From the NCBI GenBank assembly GCA_964016885.1, contig OZ024742.1, positions 240,808,001 through 240,872,000 on the forward strand: a DNA stretch of 64,000 bases, written 5' to 3'. A program made the translations under genes and the position numbers. Shown here in pieces: positions 29,028-41,584 of this stretch. Numbering within the stretch: position 1 is the first letter of the stretch; each line of letters starts with the position of its first letter. The DNA comes from Eledone cirrhosa. Its lineage: Eukaryota. Below the pieces are notes generated by a model that was given only the letters and a program-made list of their open reading frames with translations, was not told the DNA's origin and ran no database searches.

Positions 29028-29728
29028 GAGAAGAAAGAAGAATACTGCGTGGTTTGCACATGGGTTACATATGATAAAAATAGTCCTTCGTCAGTGATTT
29101 TCCAACCATCATTGGTATTTCATCGCATTAAAAATCAGATACCTCAGGTTGGTGCGAGCAATAACTAAAAAAAGTTATTGGGACCAGAATTCGCGTAAGG
29201 CGAGGGGGACAAGTAAACAACATAGAAGGATAAAAGCAAACCGAAGATAGGAAAATAAACAAGCAACATGGTTTTCCGGTCAGCATAAGCTGGGTGGATT
29301 TTATGAGCGGGAGAGGTACAGACCGTGTTGATGCGTGTGAGATGTGAGCAAGAAGAGACCCACACAAACCAAACGGGAGGAAGTGAGAAGGGGAGAAACA
29401 GAGAGTGAGTGAGTGGAAGTGTGAGGAAGAGGTCAGTGGAGAGAAAGTGTAACTGACAGAGGGGGCGAAAGAAGGTGAGAGAAACAGAGAGAGCGGGGAA
29501 GCAGTAAGAGAGAAACAAACAAACGCAGCTGAAATAAATATATATAAATATATATAAAAAAACATGAGAAGAAAGAAGAATACTGCGTGGTTTGCACATG
29601 GGTTATTATGATAAAAATAGTCCTTCGTCAGTGATTTTCCAACCATCATTGGTATTTCATCGCATTAAAAATCAGATACGTCAGGTTGGTGCGAGCAATA
29701 ACTAAAAAAAGTTATTGGGACCAGAATT
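29020..29728 (-). mobile_element. Repeat family F, tandem terminal duplication (pLTR-like)
   Basis: 29020-29212 is repeated directly at 29558-29728; diverged third copy at 53775-53930; bounded by (TA)n. Confidence 0.55.
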
Positions 29729-29745
29729 CGCGTAAGGCGAGGGGG

Positions 29746-29848
<103 letters not shown>

Positions 29849-30288
29849 GTATATATATATATGTATATATATAATAAAAGGACGATTTGTTATGTCTTCG
29901 TTACGGTTATTGAGTGGTGACGCGCGTTTCGTTATTGATCAGCTCAAGATTCGATCTGTATCGATCTGGTCCGACTCTGGAAACAAAAGCTCGTTGGATC
30001 TCTGGTGTGATAATGACAGCTGTACACCTCGTTACAGACACGTTAATCTACGCATCGAGTGGTCACCTGATATATATATATAGGGAGTGTAACGTGCAGT
30101 TACTGTAGGTTCACCCAGGTGACCACTCGATGCGTAGATTAACGTGTCTGTAACGAGGTGTATCCATTCAAATCTTTCTATTTTTCTCCGGATTACTTTT
30201 GGAACTACAACTGGAACCGTCGAGCAAACTCTACGTGAGCTGATAATCTACTGTGTGTAATATTTATATTACAACACAACGGAAAAAA

Positions 30289-30352
<64 letters not shown>

Positions 30353-30384
30353 ATATGCAGAAGGCAAACAGAAATAACAAACAA

Positions 30385-30480
30385 CGCAGTACGATGAACA
30401 AATATGTTATTAGTTTTACGCTTGATATAGTAGGAAAATAGTCTTAACGTGTAGGACACTATTCCTTCATCAGAAGCAAG

Positions 30481-30485
<5 letters not shown>
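30385..30485 (-). mobile_element. PLE terminal fragment related to 57640-57760, with degenerate minimal hammerhead
   Basis: Minus strand reads CTT-CTGATGA-AGGAATAGTGTCC-TACACGTT-AAG; shares ACGCTTGATATAG with the Neptune-like end. Confidence 0.55.
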
Positions 30486-30559
<74 letters not shown>

Positions 30560-30560
<1 letters not shown>

Positions 30561-31312
30561 TTTCTGAATTTGTTTAGCAAGATTCTTTATCTGAAAACGT
30601 GTGTTGAAATCGATATTGTTATACTTTGGGAGGGTCATATTGCCAATAAGAAACACACGCACCAGTTGCTTTCACTTCAATTTATTATAATAAATTTATA
30701 AATATAGGAATTTATAAATTTTCGGTTGGTTGGTTGGTTGGTTACACAACCAGATGGTTGTTTATATATTGTCAAAGTTCTTTCGTCACACATTCTGTGA
30801 CCTCTTCACTGACTGGGGATTCTTTTCTTTGTTTTTGTGCCTCTCCTTTGTTCTGTCCTACGCCATCTTGTTTCTGTGTGTGTGTGTTGTGTGCTCAGTC
30901 TGCGCATGCGCCACATCCGGGTGTCTGTGTGTGTTTATATTCGTTTATTTATTTGTTTATTTACATGTTACTGGTTGGTTGTTTGTTCTATGTGCGTGTG
31001 TGTTTCCATTTTGTCCTTAATTGTAAGTTGTGATGTTGCTGTCCCACTCATGTTTTCTATTTAATTTGGGTTGTAATTGTTTTATGTTTATTGCCTCTGT
31101 GATTTGTCTAAACATTGCGTCTTTTCTGTGTGTAGATTCTATTTTTATTTCTATTGTTCTCTAATTTACCCTTATGTTCTATTTTAGCATGTTGGTAGAG
31201 TACAGATGATTATTTACTATCTTGAAGGTTTCGCCAGTGTTCATTTATCCGTTCCCCTACACTACGAGCTGTCTCACCTATGTACACTATATTTTTATCT
31301 CTACATTGTCCT
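30560..31312 (-). mobile_element. Penelope-like element 3' part (GIY-YIG remnant + UTR)
   Basis: Minus strand 31312-31040 reads GQCRDKNIVYIGETARSVGERINEHWRNLQDSK*SSVLYQHAKIEHKG, then after a frameshift DAMFRQITEAINIKQLQPKLNRKHEWG. Not in the ORF track. Confidence 0.82.
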
Positions 31313-31399
31313 TAAAATAAAATTTTGGGATAAATGTAGTAGTGAGAAATACCAATCTTATATAGATTACAAGGAATCTAGATTCATAACAGGAAATTA

Positions 31400-31922
31400 A
31401 ATTAATTTATATGTATACTTTTAGGTATTAATTTTAGGAAAAGAGAACTGTAAGAGGGAAATAAAATTATGAAGTTCTCTGTAGTAAAGTACTAATTATA
31501 GGTTAACTAAATTAAAAAAAAAAAATTATAATAATATGTAAAATATAAGTGTAAGGTGTTTATTAATTAGGTTTATAATATTTGAAAGTTCTTCTAATTC
31601 TAGGATTGCAAGATATAATTAATTCTTGTCGCTTATTTAATAGGATATCCTTAGATTTAATTATTTCAAAAAGTTCCTGGGAGCATAATCTACACTCATA
31701 TCTGTTATTTTGATAAGGGGTGGCCCTTTTGAGCACACTCCAGGTCAGGTTGTAATCGATATTCTTCTTTCTATAATTATTAATTGTTTCAGCCAAGGAT
31801 GTTGTATTAGCTAATGCGGCATTTTAAAAACTATGTTTGTGGGTATTAAATCTTACTTTAAATTGGTTAGACGTAGCTCCTATATATGAATAAGTTGAGT
31901 CCTTAGTGCTAATTTTACATTC
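31400..31922 (-). mobile_element. Naiad-like Penelope element GIY-YIG fragment
   Basis: YSYIGATSNQFKVRFNTHKHSF*...TSLAETI...YNLTWSVLKRATPY...CRLCSQE...LLNKRQELIISC; same motif order as 56570-57030. Confidence 0.85.
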
Positions 31923-32211
31923 TATTGGTCAATTCAAAACCTGTTCCCAAATAGACCTATTATATTAAATCATTGTTGTTTTTTTTCAATAAACAAATAT
32001 CATTATTTCTGAAGACAGCATATATATGTGAAGGTATGTATATTTCCTCTGATAGTTTGTAAAATTTTTACATAAATCTATATGATATACATACCAACAC
32101 ACATATATATCCTAGAAACGATCGTAAAATGGTGAATTTTTTAATATAAGGAACTTGTTCTTTGTTTTTATTCATTGTTTTTATTAATTTATATATATAT
32201 ATATATATATA

Positions 32212-32752
32212 GTATTATGATAATGATAGTAACAAACTGAATATATAACACTATATCATCATTATTTATTTCATTATATATGTTTCTAGAATGCTAAATT
32301 ATAGCATGCCTTTCTTCAAACAAAATACAATATTAGATGTATAAAATGTTATATGACATACTCGTAAGAGTATGCCCATTTAGAATTGATCGGATACGGT
32401 CATTCTTACGAGTATGTCATATAACATTTTATACATCTAATATTGTATTTTCTCTGAAGAAGGCAATGTATAATTTAGCATCCCAGAAATATATATAATT
32501 GTTTCTACTTTTGGCACAAGGCCAGCAAATAGCCAGTGCATTAGTGGTACTTCATTTTATCGACCCAGTAAGGATGAAAGGCAAAGTTAACCTCGGCGGG
32601 ATTTGAATTCAGAATGGCAAGGGCCGTAACTCTATGCGTCAAAGCATGGCGTCCGACCCTCTACCGATACTGCCAATCCACCGAAATATATATAATGAAA
32701 TAAATAATGATGATATAGTGTTATATCTTTTGTTTATTACTATTATTATGAT
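32212..32752. mobile_element. Fold-back PLE-like terminus with hammerhead-like core, interrupted by a SINE
   Basis: Inverted arms centred near 32388; the right arm has CTGAAGA (32454)...GAAATATATATA and resumes after the SINE. Confidence 0.6.
32497..32683 (-). mobile_element. SINE family A
   Basis: Full copy; TSD GAAATATATATAAT. Confidence 0.92.
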
Positions 32753-33008
32753 ATGAAATCATTATGATATTTATATATATATGATAAATATCTGGCGTTG
32801 AATTGTAGTTAGAGCTACTGATAGAATACCTTGTGGTGTCTCTTTAGGTTCTGTACAATATGAGTTTCCACTCTCAGCAGAAATTAGGAAACAACAAAAA
32901 AAAAAACATGTTCTTCGGAAATCCGTAAGAAAAAATCCAAATATTTCAACGTGTTATAGATGTTGTTCTCATTTATGTCGCCTTAGATGGCTCATTAAAC
33001 GAGGAAAT

Positions 33009-33158
<150 letters not shown>

Positions 33159-33341
33159 TATATAAATATATATATGTATGAATATCTGCATATGGATTAT
33201 ATACGTTATGCACATACACCGACACACAGACACACAAACACACACATATATACAAATGTATATAAGGGATGGTCTTAACTGTGTATATATACATGCGGTT
33301 GAGTGTATATATATAAATATATATATATGTGTGTGTGTGTA

Positions 33342-33390
<49 letters not shown>

Positions 33391-33683
33391 TATATATATA
33401 TGTGTATATATACATATATGTGTGTATGTGTGCATGTGTGTGTCTATTTGCATTTAATTTAGAACGGTTGGATATTGAGACTGATGTTTGAGTTAGTCTA
33501 ACCTAATTAGAGTTAGAACCGTCACAACAACTACGACTGCCAAATCTGCCAAAACAGACCAGCCTTAAGATACTGAATTCATATATGTCACAATAATTTG
33601 CACACGTAGGTGATTAACCTTGCTTAATGTCGTTGCTCGTCTAACAGTTATTTCGATGTTTGATTCAGTCACTATAACATGAG

Positions 33684-34025
33684 GATGCAGCTTGGCTTGA
33701 TGGTTAAGAATTCGCTTCACAATTACTTGTTTCTGGGTTCGATCCCAATGTGTATCTTGGGCAGGTGTCATTTCCCAAAGCCTAAAGTAGACCCATGCCT
33801 TGAGAGTGAAATTTTGTGGACAGAAACTGTTTGTAAGCTCGTTGGATAGACCTGTAATCCAAAGGTGCAGTTGTGTTACACACTGTGTAGAGCAGACTCT
33901 CCCTGAGAATTACTTTATGGGTACACGTGCCTATGGAATGCTCTGCTTAGACACTTACACGTTACGTTCATGAGTAGGCTGTTCAAATGTTCGAAGAGCT
34001 GGACACCGATCATCGAAACCAGTGT
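33684..34025 (+). mobile_element. Old tRNA-derived SINE (family B-related)
   Basis: A-box TGGCTTGATGGTTAAG, B-box GGTTCGATCCC; 3' part CTCCCTGAGAATTAC...AGGCTGTTC shared with 40520-40600. Confidence 0.65.
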
Positions 34026-34344
34026 TTATATGTGTTTATATAAACACACATACGCACGGAGTGACAGATATATGTGTTTGTATGTGTGCATGTATATTAT
34101 TATCACTACTATTAAAGACCAGAGACCAATTCTGTAGAATCAGGTTTATTCGTTGACAGACCATGCCTTTGTGTGACCAACACATCCATGTTAAACCCTG
34201 CACGTGCACACACACATATCTATATATATATGCGCACTCAGAATTCACCACTGTCGGTTGCGGGGCCCAATCTACATGAAGAACTCAATGTGATCAGAAT
34301 GACTTGTATTTTCATTTCACTGTCCTAACTTCTTATATTATGGA

Positions 34345-34469
34345 AAAAATATATGTGTATGTATGTATATATATATATTTGGAGGCCATTTCTCTGTGTG
34401 TGGGTGTATGTATGTGTATATGTGTGTGTGTGTGTGTGTGTATGTGTGTGCATGTGGATGTATGTATTG

Positions 34470-34508
<39 letters not shown>

Positions 34509-34575
34509 GTGTATCTGGATGTATGCGTATGTGTATATATATATGTGTGTGTGTGTGTGTATATATGTGTGTGTA

Positions 34576-34618
<43 letters not shown>

Positions 34619-34678
34619 GTGGGGGTGTGTGTGTATATATATGTGTATGTATATGTGTGTATATATGTGTATGTACAC

Positions 34679-34752
<74 letters not shown>

Positions 34753-34869
34753 GTGTATCTGGATGTATGTGTATGTATATATATGTGTGTGTGTGTATAT
34801 ATATATATATATGTGTGTGTGTGTATGTGTGTGTGTATATATATGTATGTGTGTATGTATGTACGTGTG

Positions 34870-34922
<53 letters not shown>

Positions 34923-34975
34923 GTGTATGTATATGTATATGTATGTATGTGTGGATGAAGGTATGTGTGTATATA
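34345..34975. repeat. Compound (TG)n/(TA)n microsatellite
   Basis: Directly visible. Confidence 0.95.
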
Positions 34976-35436
34976 TAGGTGTAAGTGCACTAAATCCCTT
35001 TCTATCAATCTCCCCTCTCCTACCTACCACAGGAAGATATATGTATGTTTATTGCTTCCACCCCCTCACTGACCAGCAGCTGGCCATCTGGCCATTGCTA
35101 AATTTGACCTTTATAAAATAACCCACACCCCCAAATAACTTCTCATTCACTACCAGAAAGGCACCCAGCAGTCAACGAGCTGCTACCAAGATGAAAACTA
35201 CTGTGAAATCCCACAATGAATTTTATACTTGAATTTTCAAATCTCAAATTTTAACTCTTCTTATTATTAATTTTTCTTAATATTAATCAACATTTGAAAA
35301 GATGGCTTTTGCAGACCCATCGAAACCGGTCATTTTTTATACCCTTTATTATTTCCTTACCTTATAAAATTATATGTTTTTTCACAAAAAAGTATTTTGT
35401 CTCTTATATATTCCATGTGCCATTACCAACCTCAAT

Positions 35437-35481
<45 letters not shown>

Positions 35482-36427
35482 CCGTGCGTGTGTATGTGTG
35501 TGTGTGAATATGTGTATACAGAATGCTGTGCAGAAGTGTGTGTCTGTATGTGTTTTCGATAATGTGAGGCGGTTGAGTCAAACTATAAGCAAATATGGAA
35601 TCAAATTTGAATTCCAGGTTTAACTATTTCATTTTACTAATAGGTGGGTTTTAACAATTGGTACTTTTCAGTTGGTAAGTCCTTTTTATAATCTGATGAA
35701 TTGACATATTCCTTAGAACATCAAAAGCTTCGTAGTATTTGTTTTGCCTCTCTGCGCTGTGAGTTCTAATCACGAGCAGGTCCATTTTTGCCTTTCATCC
35801 TTTCGATAAATAAACTACTAGTTCAGTACTGGGGTCAAATCGTCCTGTATATATCTTTTTCAATCCTCCAAACCTTCTGATTATATCTTTCTCATTCATT
35901 CTCTCTCTACCTCTTTGGAAAAAAAATCAGTTGTGTTGAGACCTGGAGAAGAATGGGCTCCACCAGTTTTATAGCACCTGAGGAACGCTGTACATTACTT
36001 CGGCGTCCCTACGACTTCAATAGGAGTTATGGAACCGTGGTATGACATGCCGTTTTAATAAATCGTCAAAATAAATAGAACAAGAACAAAAAAACAAAAA
36101 CATACAAAAATCAACAACAACAACACAAGATCTAACAGTGGTTAAAGGAAAGCCTGGAAAGAATTAGCACAGATTCTTTTCAGAATTGTAACATAAGAGA
36201 ATATAAGAACCCAGTTTTTTTGTGATGTGACAGTAATTTCTAGTGTTAGCTGAAGGTCACAAATGAATAGGGGAAGATTTCAGTTGTTTGCAATGACATT
36301 TGTACTTGATTCTCACTTGTTTTAGTGACACTGGATAGGTTAAAAGCCAGGTCGGCTCGATGGGATTTGAACTGAGAAGTTACAGCGAGAGAAATGAATA
36401 CTGAACGGCTAGCGGAAAGGTGATTAA

Positions 36428-36647
36428 CCCTTTAGCATTTAAACCAGCCGTATCCGGCCAGAGTTCTCTACCCTCATTCTTTTCAAACTGGCTGTAACTG
36501 GCTGCTCATACTTATGTCAAGGAATTGTTCTCAAAATAAATAATATTAAATTCTCATACATTCGATATTATGTGAGATAATTATGTGAGGTAAAGTGTTT
36601 ACGTGAAAATGCAATAGTATATATAGAATAATGTAAATGTTAAAGGG
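36428..36647. mobile_element. piggyBac-type MITE (about 220 bp)
   Basis: TTAA TSD on both sides; TIRs CCCTTTAGCATTTA / TAAATGTTAAAGGG. Confidence 0.8.
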
Positions 36648-37606
36648 TTAAGTTTCTCTATCATTCTGCTATACTCTTCTTAAAAGATCTAATTTAATAT
36701 TTAACTTCATACCCACATTGTTATCTATAGAATGTGACTGAATATGGAACTAAGAAACGGCTTAAATTCATGAACATCTTTAGTCGTTATCAGTAACATG
36801 AAACAATTTACACCAAACCACATCTTTAAATGCGAGTAGGCGTTAACGTAAGTGTATATTTAGTTACAGTTATCGAAACAAACATTAATCTACAAACTAA
36901 ATAAATGTTAGATTTTCAATACTGAATAATGTAAACTTGTGCAATGTGTTTACCTTGCACAAGGAACACTCTATATCAAGAATTGACCTTCTAGAAACAG
37001 CAGCCATATATTTCTCATATTACATCTTATCTCATTTGGAAATGTTGGACACATTGGACAATGTTGTCCACCACAACCTCTAAAAAGGACAAGGAAAACA
37101 AACTTCATACTCACGTATGGCATTCCTTTGACCACAGATTTACTTGATCAGGGTTGACCTGGGGCTAAACATCAAGAAAAATAATGACAAGAACAACAAG
37201 GACAATGAGGACGATCACGACAGCAACAAATCTTGTAAATAATAACCATTGGCAACTTCTTTTGATTAGTCCAGCACAAGCCAAGCTTTGTAGGCGACCA
37301 TATATAATTGGATTGACTCCACAATAATATATTATTGGGTTTTATTGACGCTCCTAAGAATGAAAGCAAATGTCGGTTAAGGGGAGTTTTAATTTTAAAA
37401 ACAATACGACGCACCGAACTGTAAAATATCTAGACTGGGCCTCTATCTGTACAGAGAAAAAAAAACCGATATGGATTCCTTTTGGCATACAATATAATAT
37501 AATATACAAGATACACATGCAGCAAGCACATAAATATATATGTACGTATCTGGATTCGTATATTGCCCTTTTGTGTGTGTGTATATATAAATATATACAT
37601 ATATAG

Positions 37607-37637
<31 letters not shown>

Positions 37638-37651
37638 TATATATATATCTA

Positions 37652-37853
<202 letters not shown>

Positions 37854-38159
37854 GCATTTGTTCTTACTCAAGCGGGTTTTAATATGATAATGGCATCAGT
37901 AATCCCCTTTCTTCTGCCGATATAATTAGAACCTTCTTTTATATAACGAATTAAACTATTAGGAGTTTTATACTTCAATCGCAACCATACTATTTATACA
38001 ATCTGTTAACATTTATGTCTACAAATTCTAAACACAGCTTTATTTTATAATCTTAAATTACATTATTTGGCTGCATTGAAAAAACAAAACAAAACAAAAT
38101 AAAACAAAATAAAAGGAAAACAAGACGAAATTATATTCTATTGAAAAAGCACTCTAAAA

Positions 38160-38162
38160 TTG

Positions 38163-38221
<59 letters not shown>

Positions 38222-38255
38222 GTTGTTGTTGTTTTTGTTGCTGTTGTTGTTGTTG

Positions 38256-38320
<65 letters not shown>

Positions 38321-38373
38321 TATATCATTATTAATAATAATAATAATAGTAGTAGTAGTAGTAGTAGTAGTAG
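38160..38373. repeat. (ATT)n/(GTT)n/(AGT)n triplet microsatellites
   Basis: Directly visible. Confidence 0.95.
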
Positions 38374-38814
38374 GAGGTGTAATGGTGGTTGTGATACATC
38401 TATTGTTGTTGGTGTTTTCATTATAATCTTCTATATTGTTATTGTACGAAGCTTATCATTCTGAAGCCCTCCTTTTAGGAAAAAGCAAACAAAAACAAAC
38501 AATAAAAAGCAAGGAAAAGAAAAATGACAGAGAAAAAGAAACTAAAACAAGATTTCAACAATTACTCAGAATTATATTTTTTTCAAAGCCATACGTCGTT
38601 CAAGGTCTTCCCTTATTTTTCGCTTACATATAACAAACAACAATGGAGCATAGGCAGCTTATTTTCTGTCACGTACCGGAACGCATCCATTGTTACGTCT
38701 TGGTTTCATGTTGATATATCAACATACACGCACAGATATCTATATTATGTATGTGTATATGCACATGTATATAAATATGTATATGTATAATGTATGTATA
38801 TATCTTATTCTCTC

Positions 38815-38877
<63 letters not shown>

Positions 38878-38929
38878 CCATATGTATATATACGTTATAT
38901 ATATATATATACACACACACATATATAAT

Positions 38930-38978
<49 letters not shown>

Positions 38979-39128
38979 TATTATATGTATGTGCATTGAT
39001 ATCTATATATATACATGGATGAACAACTTAGTTAAGTGAAGATAAAGATACGCCCTTGTTAGTAACGAAACTGATCGCAGAACTTTATCAGTAATATGTA
39101 TATAGTATATATACATATATATATATGT

Positions 39129-39207
<79 letters not shown>

Positions 39208-39298
39208 TATATATATATAGAGAGATATACATATATATAGATATATATATATATAAATAAAGATCCGAAGGCATGGTATACATTTCCAATCATTTTAA

Positions 39299-39372
39299 TC
39301 ACGACACATGTTTCAATAAGATATAGATCGATCGTGTGGTCATGATCGATTATCACTGATCTCATCAGGTGA
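39299..39372 (-). ncRNA. Type I hammerhead ribozyme
   Basis: TCAC-CTGATGA-[long stem II containing ATCGATC/GATCGAT]-GAAAC-ATGT-GTC-GTGA. Confidence 0.78.
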
Positions 39373-39498
39373 ATAATGAAATGTCTTCAAATCTTTGATA
39401 TGAGGGAGGAAAAACTAACGATGTTCACTCACTAGAGTTTTGTTCTCCATCGTTAGTTTTTCCTCCATTATACCAAAGATTTGAAGATATTTCATTAT

Positions 39499-39572
39499 TC
39501 ACCTGATGAGATCAGTGATAATCGATCATGACCACACGATCGATCTATTTCTTATTGAAACATGTATCGTGA
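39499..39572 (+). ncRNA. Type I hammerhead ribozyme (GTC changed to ATC)
   Basis: Inverted partner of 39299-39372. Confidence 0.7.
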
Positions 39573-39771
39573 TTAAAATGATTGGACATTTATACCATGC
39601 CTTCCGATCTTTATATTGATACAAATACTCCTCTTTACATCATTTAGCTGTTGCCATAAATGGAATTGGAGATATACAAAAGCGTGGAGAACTTAATCTA
39701 TTGCTAACAAAAGTCTATTGGACCGTATGACACAACCAATAATACACCTTACTATATAGCAACTATACATA

Positions 39772-39893
<122 letters not shown>

Positions 39894-39899
39894 TATATA

Positions 39900-40198
39900 A
39901 ACTCAGAGCTGTATGGGAGCATCCCAAAAGTCAGCTCAAAAGTGACACAGAGGAGACTGAGGTTAGCTGGACATGCTCACCGACATCCAGAGTTGACATT
40001 GAACTCAGTACTGCTTTGGGAGCCCCTACATGGACACACTAGAAGAGGAAGACCAAGGTTAACGTATGTTGATGCCCTAAGGACAGACACTGGTCTGTTG
40101 GAGATGCAGGACATGGCAGCGATAATGAGGGACAGAGACCGCTGGAGAGAACTCGTCCATGGATCTCGGGAATTTTACCCGCCTTAGATAGATAGATG
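39900..40198 (+). mobile_element. RTE-clade LINE 3' fragment
   Basis: [12 protein letters not shown]...[12 protein letters not shown]...[20 protein letters not shown]...MRDRDRWR; short (TAGA)n tail; homologous to 53280-53560. Confidence 0.88.
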
Positions 40199-40342
40199 TA
40201 TGTATATATATATGTATATACATATATGTATGTATACATATGTATGTATGTATGTATATATATATGTATGTATATACATATATGTATGTATACATATGTA
40301 TGTATGTATGTATATATGTATATATATATATATATATATATT

Positions 40343-40402
<60 letters not shown>

Positions 40403-40421
40403 TGTGTTTGCGTCTGTGTGT

Positions 40422-40645
40422 GATGTTGTGTCCTTGAGCAAGACACTTTATTTCACGTAGCTGCAATATACTCAGCTGGCAAAAATGAGTGGAAGCTCTG
40501 GCACACTCCCTATCACTCTGAATCTCCCTGAGAACTACGCTTAGAGCACACTTGTCTGTGAAATGCAACAATAACTCGAGCAGGCTGTGCCGTTCATCAA
40601 ATTAATTGAATCACTCGTCGTTAGAACCGACGGAACGCCGACAAC
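40422..40645 (+). mobile_element. SINE family B, 5'-truncated
   Basis: CCTTGAGCAAGACACTTTATTTCACGT...ACTCAGCTG shared with 47891-48035. Confidence 0.7.
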
Positions 40646-41156
40646 TACAACATCAATACACACATACATGCATGAAGAATAACTATGAAATTTTAAATAA
40701 TATTGAAAATAGAATCCATAAAGAAGAACACAAGTAATATAATATGCACTACTAAAAAATTGGTCGCAAACAATCTTTACCGAAATCGGGGAAAACAAAC
40801 AAAAAAAGCAAACAAAAATACAAACAGAAAAATCGACCAAAAATATAAAAAAAAAAACTTGAGATGTATATCTGAAACATCTCAAATTACAGTCTCAGTG
40901 TTCTTTAACTTACACATACACATAGAACTATGACTGTTTAGTAGCTGCCATGGTGCTATCTCTTCTTCTTCTTCTTCTTCTTCTTCTTCTTCTTCTTCTT
41001 CTTCTGGGAGTGTCATAGGAGCAGGACAACTCAGAGACGCCCTCAGAGGCCCCTATCAGAAGCAACTGTTGATCCGACTGGAACCCTGAGCGAGACCAGC
41101 CAAGGTCATGATTATCATCCAAGCATCTTGCTCGTAGTCCACCGCTGGCTGTTTAC

Positions 41157-41331
41157 CAGTGCCAGATTTAGGACAAATGAGGTCCTGTGCTAGTTAAATT
41201 CTGAGGCTCCTTACTTGGGCCCTAAAGGAGGTAATTCATCGTAAAAAGATTTTTGGCAGGAAGATGGGCTCCCCTGGCCAACGGGGCCCTGTGCTTAAGC
41301 ACACCTAAGCACAGTGGTTAATGCGGCACTG
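41157..41331. mobile_element. Possible small MITE (hAT-like termini)
   Basis: TIRs CAGTGCCAGATT / AATGCGGCACTG; no clear TSD. Confidence 0.5.
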
Positions 41332-41584
41332 CTTGCACTATTCAAAGGTAGCATATAGTGGGGCCAATGTTTCTTGCCTTCTACATTTAGTAGAGATGAT
41401 ATCAAGATGTTTATGAGAGAGAAGAATAGGAGGTGGAGCGGCCATATTTCTCATAATGGCATTAGTGATGTATGTATGTATGTATGTATGTATGTATGTA
41501 TGTATGTATGTATGTATGTATGTATGTATGTATGTATGTATGTATGTATGTATGTATGTTTGTATGTATGTATGTATGTATGTT

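Larger units (their letters stand above)
39257..39765 (+). mobile_element. Fold-back PLE-like terminus with a hammerhead in each arm
   Basis: Inverted arms 39257-39424 and 39448-39613; (TA)n on both sides. Confidence 0.7.

Noticed and set aside
29060-29135. Hammerhead in family F (CTGACGA on minus)
   Set aside because: No correctly placed GAAA or closing stems could be drawn.
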